DNA of 32,000 nt, taken from Acinetobacter wanghuae. Its GTDB lineage: Bacteria; Pseudomonadota; Gammaproteobacteria; Pseudomonadales; Moraxellaceae. The stretch is taken from positions 900,001 through 932,000 of the forward strand of contig NZ_CP045650.1 of the NCBI RefSeq assembly GCF_009557235.1, given 5' to 3'. Numbering within the stretch: position 1 is the stretch's first letter; every line of letters starts with the position of its first letter. The notes under the pieces were generated by a model that saw only the letters and a list, made by a program, of their open reading frames with translations, searched no databases and was not told where the DNA came from. The translations under genes and the position numbers were made by a program. Shown one piece after another: positions 8,661-18,600 of this stretch.

Positions 8661-11600
8661 AAGAAGCAAAAGGCGCGCTTGAACAAGCGATTGCGAAAGC
8701 AGATGCAGCATTAACTTCAGAATTACCAAGATTAGATGGTGCAGAACGTGAAGCTGTAATTGCAGAGAAAGCAAAAGCTGAAGCGGCATTAGATAATGCG
8801 TCTTTAACTGCGGATGAATTGCAGGTTGCGGCAGATACATTAGTTAAAGTTGTAGAAGATGCTGTTAAAGCTGAGCAAGTTGAAGATGCAGCAGAAGAAG
8901 CACAAGCCTTAGCTGAAGCAAAAGCAGCATTAACTGATGCGATTGCGAAAGCAGATGCAGCATTAACTTCAGAATTACCAAGATTAGATGGTGCAGAACG
9001 TGAAGCTGTAATTGCGAGAAAGCAAAAGCTGAAGCGCATTAGATATGCGTCTTTACTGCGGATGAATTGCAGGTTGCGGCAGATACATTAGTTAAAGTTG
9101 TAGAAGATGCTGTTAAGCTGAGCAAGTTGAAGATGCAGCAGAAGCGGCTGCAGCAGCAGATAAATTAGCAGCAGAAGACACAAGCCTTAGCTGAAGCAAA
9201 AGCAGCATTAACTGACGATTGCGAAAGCAGATGCAGCATTAACTTCAGAATTACCAAGATTAGATGGTACAACGTGAGCCGTATTAGTTTGAGAAAGGCA
9301 AAAGCTGAAGCGGCATTAGATAATGCGTCTTTAACTGCGGATGAATTGCAGGTTGCGGCAGATACATTAGTTAAAGTTGTAGAAGATGCTGTTAAAGCTG
9401 AGCAAGTTGAAGATGCAGCAGCAGATATTAGCAGCAGAAGAAGCACAGCCTTAGCTGAAGCAAAAGCAGCATTAACTGATGCGATTGCGAAAGCAGATGC
9501 AGCATTAACTTCAGAATTACCAAGATTAGATGGTGCAGAACGTGAAGCTGTAATTGCAGAGAAAGCAAAAGCTGAAGCGGCATTGGATAATGCGTCTTTA
9601 ACTGCGGATGAATTGCAAGTTGCGGCAGATACATTAGTTAAAGTTGTAGAAGATGCTGTTAAAGCTGAGCAAGTTGAAGATGCAGCAGAAGCGGCTGCAG
9701 CAGCAGATAAATTAGCAGCAGAAGAAGCACAAGCCTTAGCTGAAGCAAAAGTAGCATTAACTGATGCGATTGCGAAAGCAGATGCAGCATTAACTTCAGA
9801 ATTACCAAGATTAGATGGTACAGAACGTGAAGCCGTATTAGTTGAGAAAGCAAAAGCTGAAGCGGCATTGGATAATGCGTCTTTAACTGCGGATGAATTG
9901 CAAGTTGCGGCAGATACATTAGTTAAGTTGTAGAAGATGCTGTTAAACGCTGAGCAAGTTGAAGATGCAGCAGAAGCGGCTGCAGCAGCAGATAAATTAG
10001 CAGCAGAAGAAGCACAAGCCTTAGCTGAAGCAAAAGCAGCATTAACTGATGCGATTGCGAAAGCAGATGCAGCATTAACTTCAGAATTACCAAGATTAGA
10101 TGGTGCAGAACGTGAAGCTGTAATTGCAGAGAAAGCAAAAGCTGAAGCGGCATTAGATAATGCGTCTTTAACTGCGGATGAATTGCAGGTTGCGGCAGAT
10201 ACATTAGTTAAAGTTGTAGAAGATGCTGTTAAAGCTGAGCAAGTTGAAGATGCAGCAGAAGCGGCTGCAGCAGCAGATAATTAGCAGCAGAAGAAGCACA
10301 AGCCTTAGCTGAAGCAAAAGCAGCATTAACTGATCGATTGCGAAAGCAGATGCAGCATTAACTTCAGAATTACCAAGATTAGATGGTGCAGAACGTGAAG
10401 CTGTAATTGCAGAGAAAGCAAAAGCTGAAGCGGCAGTTAGATAATGCGTCTTTAACTGCGGATGAATTGCAGGTTGCGGCAGATACATTAGTTAAAGTTG
10501 TAGAAGATGCTGTAAAGCTGAGCAAGTTGAAGATGCAGCAGAAGCGGCTGCAGCAGCAGATAAATTAGCAGCAGAAGAAGCACAAGCCTTAGCTGAAGCA
10601 AAAGCAGCATTAACTGATGCGATTGCGAAAGCAGATGCAGCATTAACTTCAGAATTACCAAGATTAGATGGTGCAGAACGTGAAGCCGTATTAGTTGAGA
10701 AAGCAAAAGCTGAAGCGGCATTAGATAATGCGTCTTTAACTGCGGATGAATTGCAAGTTGCGGCAGATACATTAGTTAAGTTGTAGAAGATGCTGTTAAA
10801 GCTGAGCAAGTTGAAGATGCAGCAGAAGCGGCTGCAGCAGCAGATAATTAGCAGCAGAAGAAGCACAAGCCTTAGCTGAAGCAAAAGCAGCATTAACTGA
10901 TGCGATTGCGAAAGCAGATGCAGCATTAACTTCAGAATTACCAGATTAGATGGTGCAGAACGTGAAGCTGTAATTGCAGAGAAAGCAAAGCTGAAGCGGC
11001 ATTAGATAATGCGTCTTTAACTGCGGATGAATTGCAGGTTGCGGCAGATACATTAGTTAAAGTTGTAGAAGATGCTGTTAAGCTGAGCAAGTTGAAGATG
11101 CAGCAGAAGCGGCTGCAGCAGCAGATAAATTAGCAGCAGAAGAAGCCACTTAGCTGAAGCAAAAGCAGCATAACTGATGCGATTGCGAAAGCAGATGCAG
11201 CATTAACTTCAGAATTACCAAGATTAGATGGTGCAGAACGTGAAGCTGTAATTGCAGAGAAGCAAAAGCTGAAGCGCATTAGATAATGCGTCTTTAACTG
11301 CGGATGAATTGCAGGTTGCGGCAGATACATTAGTTAAAGTTGTAGAAGATGCTGTTAAGCTGAGCAAGTTGAAGATGCAGCAGAAGCGGCTGCAGCAGCA
11401 GATAAATTAGCAGCAGAGAAGACACAGCCTTAGCTGAAGCAAAAGCAGCATTAACTGATGCGATTGCGAAAGCAGATGCAGCATTAACTTCAGAATTACC
11501 AAGATTAGATGGTGCAGAACGTGAAGCCGTATTAGTTGAGAAAGCAAAAGCTGAAGCGGCATTAGATAATGCGTCTTTAACTGCGGATGAATTGCAGGTT

Positions 11601-14169
11601 GCGGCAGATACATTAGTTAAAGTTGTAGAAGATGCTGTTAAAGCTGAGCAAGTTGAAGATGCAGCAGCAGATAAATTAGCAGCAGAAGAAGCACAAGCCT
11701 TAGCTGAAGCAAAAGCAGCATTAACTGATGCGATTGCGAAAGCAGATGCAGCATTAACTTCAGAATTACCAAGATTAGATGGTGCAGAACGTGAAGCTGT
11801 AATTGCAGAGAAAGCAAAAGCTGAAGCGGCATTAGATAATGCGTCTTTAACTGCGGATGAATTGCAGGTTGCGGCAGATACATTAGTTAAAGTTGTAGAA
11901 GATGCTGTTAAAGCTGAGCAAGTTGAAGATGCAGCAGAAGCGGCTGCAGCAGCAGATAAATTAGCAGCAGAAGAAGCACAAGCCTTAGCTGAAGCAAAAG
12001 CAGCATTAACTGATGCGATTGCGAAAGCAGATGCAGCATTAACTTCAGAATTACCAAGATTAGATGGTACAGAACGTGAAGCCGTATTAGTTGAGAAAGC
12101 AAAAGCTGAAGCGGCATTAGATAATGCGTCTTTAACTGCGGATGAATTGCAGGTTGCGGCAGATACATTAGTTAAAGTTGTAGAAGATGCTGTTAAAGCT
12201 GAGCAAGTTGAAGATGCAGCAGCAGATAAATTAGCAGCAGAAGAAGCACAAGCCTTAGCTGAAGCAAAGCATTAACTGATGCGATTGCGAAAGCAGATGC
12301 AGCATTAACTTCAGAATTACCAAGATTAGATGGTGCAGAACGTGAAGCTGTAATTGCAGAGAAAGCAAAAGCTGAAGCGGCATTGGATAATGCGTCTTTA
12401 ACTGCGGATGAATTGCAAGTTGCGGCAGATACATTAGTTAAGTTGTAGAAGATGCTGTTAAAGCTGAGCAAGTTGAAGATGCAGCAGAAGCGGCTGCAGC
12501 AGCAGATAAATTAGCAGCAGAAGAAGCACAAGCCTTAGCTGAAGCAAAAGTAGCATTAACTGATGCGATTGCGAAAGCAGATGCAGCATTAACTTCAGAA
12601 TTACCAAGATTAGATGGTGCAGAACGTGAAGCTGTAATTGCAGAGAAAGCAAAGCTGAAGCGGATTAGATAATGCGTCTTTAACTGCGGATGAATTGCAG
12701 GTTGCGGCAGATACATTAGTTAAAGTTGTAGAAGATGCTGTTAAAGCTGAGCAAGTTGAAGATGCAGCAGAAGCGGCTGCAGCACAGATAAATTAGCAGC
12801 AAGAAGCACAAGCCTTAGCTGAAGCAAAAGCATTAACTGATGCGATGCGAAAGCAGATGCAGCATTAACTTCAGAATTACCAAGATTAGATGGTGCAGAA
12901 CGTGAAGCCGTATTAGTTGAGAAAGCAAAAGCTGAAGCGGCATTAGATAATGCGTCTTTAACTGCGGATGAATTGCAGGTTGCGGCAGATACATTAGTTA
13001 AAGTTGTAGAAGATGCTGTTAAAGCTGAGCAAGTTGAAGATGCAGCAGCAGATAAATTAGCAGCAGAAGAAGCACAAGCCTTAGCTGAAGCAAAAGCAGC
13101 ATTAACTGATGCGATTGCGAAAGCAGATGCAGCATTAACTTCAGAATTACCAAGATTAGATGGTGCAGAACGTGAAGCTGTAATTGCAGAGAAAGCAAAA
13201 GCTGAAGCGGCATTAGATAATGCGTCTTTAACTGCGGATGAATTGCAGGTTGCGGCAGATACATTAGTTAAAGTTGTAGAAGATGCTGTTAAAGCTGAGC
13301 AAGTTGAAGATGCAGCAGAAGCGGCTGCAGCAGCAGATAAATTAGCAGCAGAAGAAGCACAAGCCTTAGCTGAAGCAAAAGCAGCATTAACTGATGCGAT
13401 TGCGAAAGCAGATGCAGCATTAACTTCAGAATTACCAAGATTAGATGGTACAGAACGTGAAGCCGTATTAGTTGAGAAAGCAAAAGCTGAAGCGGCATTA
13501 GATAATGCATCTTTAACTGCGGATGAATTGCAGGTTGCGGCAGATACATTAGTTAAAGTTGTAGAAGATGCTGTTAAAGCTGAGCAAGTTGAAGATGCAG
13601 CAGAAGCGGCTGCAGCAGCAGATAAATTAGCAGCAGAAGAAGCACAAGCCTTAGCTGAAGCAAAAGCAGCATTAACTGATGCGATTGCGAAAGCAGATGC
13701 AGCATTAACTTCAGAATTACCAAGATTAGATGGTGCAGAACGTGAAGCTGTAATTGCAGAGAAAGCAAAAGCTGAAGCGGCATTAGACAATGCGTCTTTA
13801 ACTGCGGATGAATTGCAAGTTGCGGCAGATACATTAGTTAAAGTTGTAGAAGATGCAGTGAATGCTGAATCTGTGGAAGATGCAGCAGAAGCGGCTGCAG
13901 CAGCAGATAAATTAGCAGCAGAAGAAGCACAAGCCTTAGCTGAAGCAAAAGCAGCATTAACTGATGCGATTGCGAAAGCAGATGCAGCATTAACTTCAGA
14001 ATTACCAAGATTAGATGGTGCAGAACGTGAAGCTGTAATTGCAGAGAAAGCAAAAGCTGAAGCGGCATTAGACAATGCGTCTTTAACTGCGGATGAATTG
14101 CAAGTTGCGGCAGATACATTAGTTAAAGTTGTAGAAGATGCAGTGAATGCTGAATCTGTGGAAGATGCA
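8661..14169 (+). repeat. Coding tandem repeat family B: ~19-20 units of 285 bp (95 aa), with 270-bp and one 252-bp length variants
   Basis: The anchor GCAGATACAT recurs at 8831, 9079, 9358, 9625, 9910, 10195, 10479, 10763, 11044, 11321, 11604, 11874, 12159, 12425, 12707, 12985, 13255, 13540, 13825 and 14110 (hand count). Unit: AKADAALTSELPRLDG(A/T)EREAV(IA/LV)EKAKAEAALDNASLTADELQVAADTLVKVVEDAVKAEQVEDAA(EAAAA)DKLAAEEAQALAEAKAALTDAI. Confidence 0.9.
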
Positions 14170-14799
14170 GCAGAGGCACAAGCACAAGCTGAAGCAGCAG
14201 CAAAAGCGGAATCAGAAGCACTAGAAGCAGCGAAAGCAGCATTGGGTAAAGCAATTCAAGCTGCAGAAGATGCGTTAAGTACAACAGCTAAGCCACAATT
14301 GGATGGCGATGAACTTAAAGCTGTGTTGATTGAAAAAGCCAAAGCTGAAGTGGCATTTGAAAATGAAGCTTTAACTGCAGCGCAATTAAAAACTGCAGCA
14401 GATACATTAAATAAAGTTGTAGAAGATGCAGTGAATGCTGAATCTGTGGAAGATGCAGCAGAGGCACAAGCACAAGCTGAAGCAGCAGCAAAAGCGGAAT
14501 CAGAAGCACTAGAAGCAGCGAAAGCAGCATTGGGTAAAGCAATTCAAGCTGCAGAAGATGCGTTAAGTACAACAGCTAAGCCACAATTGGATGGTGATGA
14601 ACTTAAAGCTGTGTTGATTGAAAAAGCCAAAGCTGAAGTGGCATTTGAAAATGAAGCTTTAACTGCAGCGCAATTAAAAACTGCAGCAGATACATTAAAT
14701 AAAGTTGTAGAAGATGCAGTGAATGCTGAATCTGTGGAAGATGCAGCAGAGGCACAGCACAAGCTGAAGCAGCAGCAAAAGCGGAATCAGAAGCACTAG
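12973..14799 (+). CDS. Adhesin internal fragment as assembled (clean family B units plus the first family C units)
   Basis: 608-aa ORF from the track. It ends because of a single missing base near 14757, where ggcacagcacaagctg replaces ggcacaagcacaagctg of the other copies. Confidence 0.6.
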   Translation: MQVAADTLVKVVEDAVKAEQVEDAAADKLAAEEAQALAEAKAALTDAIAKADAALTSELPRLDGAEREAVIAEKAKAEAALDNASLTADELQVAADTLVKVVEDAVKAEQVEDAAEAAAAADKLAAEEAQALAEAKAALTDAIAKADAALTSELPRLDGTEREAVLVEKAKAEAALDNASLTADELQVAADTLVKVVEDAVKAEQVEDAAEAAAAADKLAAEEAQALAEAKAALTDAIAKADAALTSELPRLDGAEREAVIAEKAKAEAALDNASLTADELQVAADTLVKVVEDAVNAESVEDAAEAAAAADKLAAEEAQALAEAKAALTDAIAKADAALTSELPRLDGAEREAVIAEKAKAEAALDNASLTADELQVAADTLVKVVEDAVNAESVEDAAEAQAQAEAAAKAESEALEAAKAALGKAIQAAEDALSTTAKPQLDGDELKAVLIEKAKAEVAFENEALTAAQLKTAADTLNKVVEDAVNAESVEDAAEAQAQAEAAAKAESEALEAAKAALGKAIQAAEDALSTTAKPQLDGDELKAVLIEKAKAEVAFENEALTAAQLKTAADTLNKVVEDAVNAESVEDAAEAQHKLKQQQKRNQKH

Positions 14800-15600
14800 A
14801 AGCAGCGAAAGCAGCATTGGGTAAAGCAATTCAAGCTGCAGAAGATGCGTTAAGTACAACAGCTAAGCCACAATTGGATGGTGATGAACTTAAAGCTGTG
14901 TTGATTGAAAAAGCCAAAGCTGAAGTGGCATTTGAAAATGAAGCTTTAACTGCAGCGCAATTAAAAACTGCAGCAGATACATTAAATAAAGTTGTAGAAG
15001 ATGCAGTGAATGCTGAATCTGTGGAAGATGCAGCAGAGGCACAAGCACAAGCTGAAGCAGCAGCAAAAGCGGAATCAGAAGCACTAGAAGCAGCGAAAGC
15101 AGCATTGGGTAAAGCAATTCAAGCTGCAGAAGATGCGTTAAGTACAACAGCTAAGCCACAATTGGATGGTGATGAACTTAAAGCTGTGTTGATTGAAAAA
15201 GCCAAAGCTGAAGTGGCATTTGAAAATGAAGCTTTAACTGCAGCGCAATTAAAAACTGCAGCAGATACATTAAATAAAGTTGTAGAAGATGCAGTGAATG
15301 CTGAATCTGTGGAAGATGCAGCAGAGGCACAAGCACAAGCTGAAGCAGCAGCAAAAGCGGAATCAGAAGCACTAGAAGCAGCGAAAGCAGCATTGGGTAA
15401 AGCAATTCAAGCTGCAGAAGATGCGTTAAGTACAACAGCTAAGCCACAATTGGATGGCGATGAACTTAAAGCTGTGTTGATTGAAAAAGCCAAAGCTGAA
15501 GTGGCATTTGAAAATGAAGCTTTAACTGCAGCGCAATTAAAAACTGCAGCAGATACATTAAATAAAGTTGTAGAAGATGCAGTGAATGCTGAATCTGCGG
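14170..15600 (+). repeat. Coding tandem repeat family C: 5 units of 288 bp (96 aa)
   Basis: The anchor GCAGATACATTAAATAAAG recurs at 14398, 14686, 14973, 15261 and 15549. Unit: AQAQAEAAAKAESEALEAAKAALGKAIQAAEDALSTTAKPQLDGDELKAVLIEKAKAEVAFENEALTAAQLKTAADTLNKVVEDAVNAESVEDAAE. The copies are almost identical at the DNA level. Confidence 0.9.
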
Positions 15601-18600
15601 AAGATTTAGCATTAGCAAAAGCTCAATTACAACAACTATTGGCAAAAGCAGTTTTAGCTTTAGATGATTCAACATTAGAAATGGATCGAGATAAGCTAAT
15701 AGTTGAAACAGCTTTAGCGCAACAACTACTGGAAGCTAATTCGTCAACAGTTGAAGAAATTCAAAGTGCCTCTAAAAACTTAGAAACATTACTATCGAAT
15801 ATTTCTAATCCTTATCTTGGTGATGTAACCATTGCGGATGATGGATTGTCAATATCTGGTCAATTGACACCGGGTAGTAAAGTAGTCATTGAATATGAGG
15901 GCAATTCACAAGTTGTAACGAGTAATCTTGATGATGGTCGTTTCAATATCATATTGACCGCACCACTTGTAGATGGTCAAGAAGTAATAGTTACAGAGTT
16001 AAACGGTAAAGAAGTTCTAGGAACAACAGATCTTATCTATGAAGATGGTGCGGTTGTTGTTGGAGAGACGATTATCGCCGATGATGGTAAATCAGTATTA
16101 GTACAAGGTGAACCGGGTGCTTCTGTAGAAATTAAACATGAGGGTAAACTTATCGGTCATGGTGTAATGAGCAAAGATGGCACAGTTAATATTGTATTAG
16201 ATAAAGCATTGCTAAACGGTAATCAAATCACTTTATCTTATGAAGATATTAAAGGTAATACAGCAACTAATACTGCAGTCTATACAGATAATATAGATCC
16301 AGACTTGAATGAAGTTGAGTTTGTACTAGTTGATGAAACTAATTTATCTATTTACGATGATACGCTTGCAAATCAAGTCGTAGAGTTTGAGTTACTTAAC
16401 TTACCATTGGATTCTCAACAAGTTAAAGTCTTTGTTGGTGGAGTTCAGGCGACCAACTACGGTGATATTTATGGTAAATGGACAGTTACATTACCAAGTG
16501 ACTTGATCATGAAGCAAGATGGTAGCTTGCCAGTTGTTATTTCAGTCACTGAAACATCAGGAAATAGCACACAAGATTATCAGTTAGATAACTTAAGTTA
16601 TGAAATACTATCTTCATATCCAACAGATATTCTTGAACATGAAATATTTGCACGAGTAGACATCACACCACAGTCTAGTCCACTCTTTATTTCAGGTGAT
16701 AATCCATACAAAAACTTAGAGGCTAAAGTTGTTGGACTCACCTTGGGTGGTGTTCTATCTGCTGATGTAATTCAAACGCTTAATGGTATTGATTTCAATA
16801 TCGAAGAGGGTAAAACGTGGAGTTTCGACTTCGATTATACCTTGCATAGCTTATTAGGTGTCAGCGCAATCAACGTTGTGCTTTATAAAGAGCAAGTGAA
16901 TGCAGATGGAACAATCTCTTGGGTATCTGAAACTGTCGGTGGCGGTGTTGTCGGTGGCGGTCTATGGATTGGGTCTACAGAAACTCTTCACATTTCTAAT
17001 TTGACTTCGGGTACCTATAAGTTAGTCGCAGGTACAGGTAAAGCAGGAATTAGTGTTCTTGGTGCGATTTCTACAGAAATGAAAAATATTGAAGTAGAAA
17101 CTTGGACAGATCCTGCGTCAAATATATATGAGGCTTTAGCGTATACAGGTAATGCTTTCCTTGATTTATTAGAAAAGACGAATGATCTAAACTTCAATCC
17201 TACAAATAATAACGGGCTTACCATTACCAAGGTCTACTTCGGTAAAGAAAATCCTAATTTAACTGTAGTGGCAGAAGAAGGTTATACTGAAGTAGTAGGT
17301 CAGTACGGATCATTATTCGTTGCTGCAAATGGTGATTATTATTACCAAGCGAAAGCAGAAGCGAAGGGTTTAGGTCTATATGATGAACCATTTACATTAG
17401 TGTATGGTAATGATCGTGACCATGATGGCAAAGCTGACCAAAATGGGACTAAAGTAATTACAGGTGGTATTCAATTAACGGTGGGGATTGATAGCCCAGA
17501 TATGGACTATGAGTGGAACAAAAATGAAATTCCTGTTGGAACCACTTATGCGCTAGATGATGTAAATCAAGTAGATGTTGCATTAGGTAATAATTATTCT
17601 ACTGATGTACACGATAGCGCTAATTTACTTGAATCTAAAAAACAAATTGGATCGTATACTCAAGATAAGCAGTATTCGACAGTAGCTTACTCAAGTGATG
17701 CGCATGGTTTTAAATTTACTGTCAAAGATCATACACTTGAAAAATTAAGTAATCCCACTTTTGAAATTACATCTCTAGACAGTAAGCCATATAGCTACGT
17801 TATTTATAAATTAAATCAACTTAATACAAGTGAGACTGTGTTTGAAATTGTTGATCAAGGAGTGATTGAGGACAAACAAAGCTTTGGTAAAAATTTAATT
17901 TTAAGTGGTGGGGATTATGAAGTCATTATGTACAATGGTTCTTCAACACCTGACTTCAAGGTAAATTTTGATAAAGAATTAATTTCACAAGTAATTCACT
18001 CAGAGGTTGACCTAAAATCTTACAAATCATTTAACTTTAATTTTGATTTAAATCCAAACGAGTATGGTGTAATTGAAATTCAGCAAGTTGATATTGATAC
18101 AATTCTTACTAATTCTTCAACGAATTGGACACTTTACAAGAATGTCAACGGTATTGAAACTAAACTTAGTTCTGGAGTTGTTAAGGACTTAGATGGTTTA
18201 AATATTTTTGAATGGGATAACAAAGGCAAAAGTGAATATCTAAGTAGTGGTATTTATCGATTAGAATTTGATAAAGATATCCAAACACTATCAGTTGTTA
18301 GTAAAGCCGTTAATCAATATGAGTTTAGTATTCTTAAAGAAGAAGGGACCTATACTCAAGCCAAAGGTGTATTGCTCGCTAATGATAAATACGATGTAAG
18401 AACCGTTAAGCTTCAAATTGAAGTGAACGGTGAAATGCAGCGTGTGAACACGGTTCCGCTGTCAACTACTGATGGTGTAACAACTGTTCAAGGTGAGTTT
18501 GGTCAACTTCAACTTTGGTCAAATGGTTACTATATCTATACACCTGATGTAAACAAAATTGGCATTAATGCAATTGGTCAGTCAGATAAATTTGACTATG

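Noticed and set aside
7205-15600. Regular 246, 285 and 288-bp periodicity that might be mistaken for a CRISPR-like or satellite array.
   Set aside because: The units are contiguous with no unique spacers. They are far longer than CRISPR repeats and keep one long protein reading frame.
7000-15700. Many ORFs on the minus strand and in alternative + frames inside the repeat array. Examples are 12741-14075 minus (444 aa, Ser/Ala/Cys-rich) and the recurrent 81-94 aa Leu-rich ORFs starting MYLPQPAIHPQLKTH.
   Set aside because: They are frame shadows of the GCN/GAA-rich sense codons, copied once per repeat unit. Their composition is low-complexity and they have no start context. The sense frame encodes a coherent adhesin.
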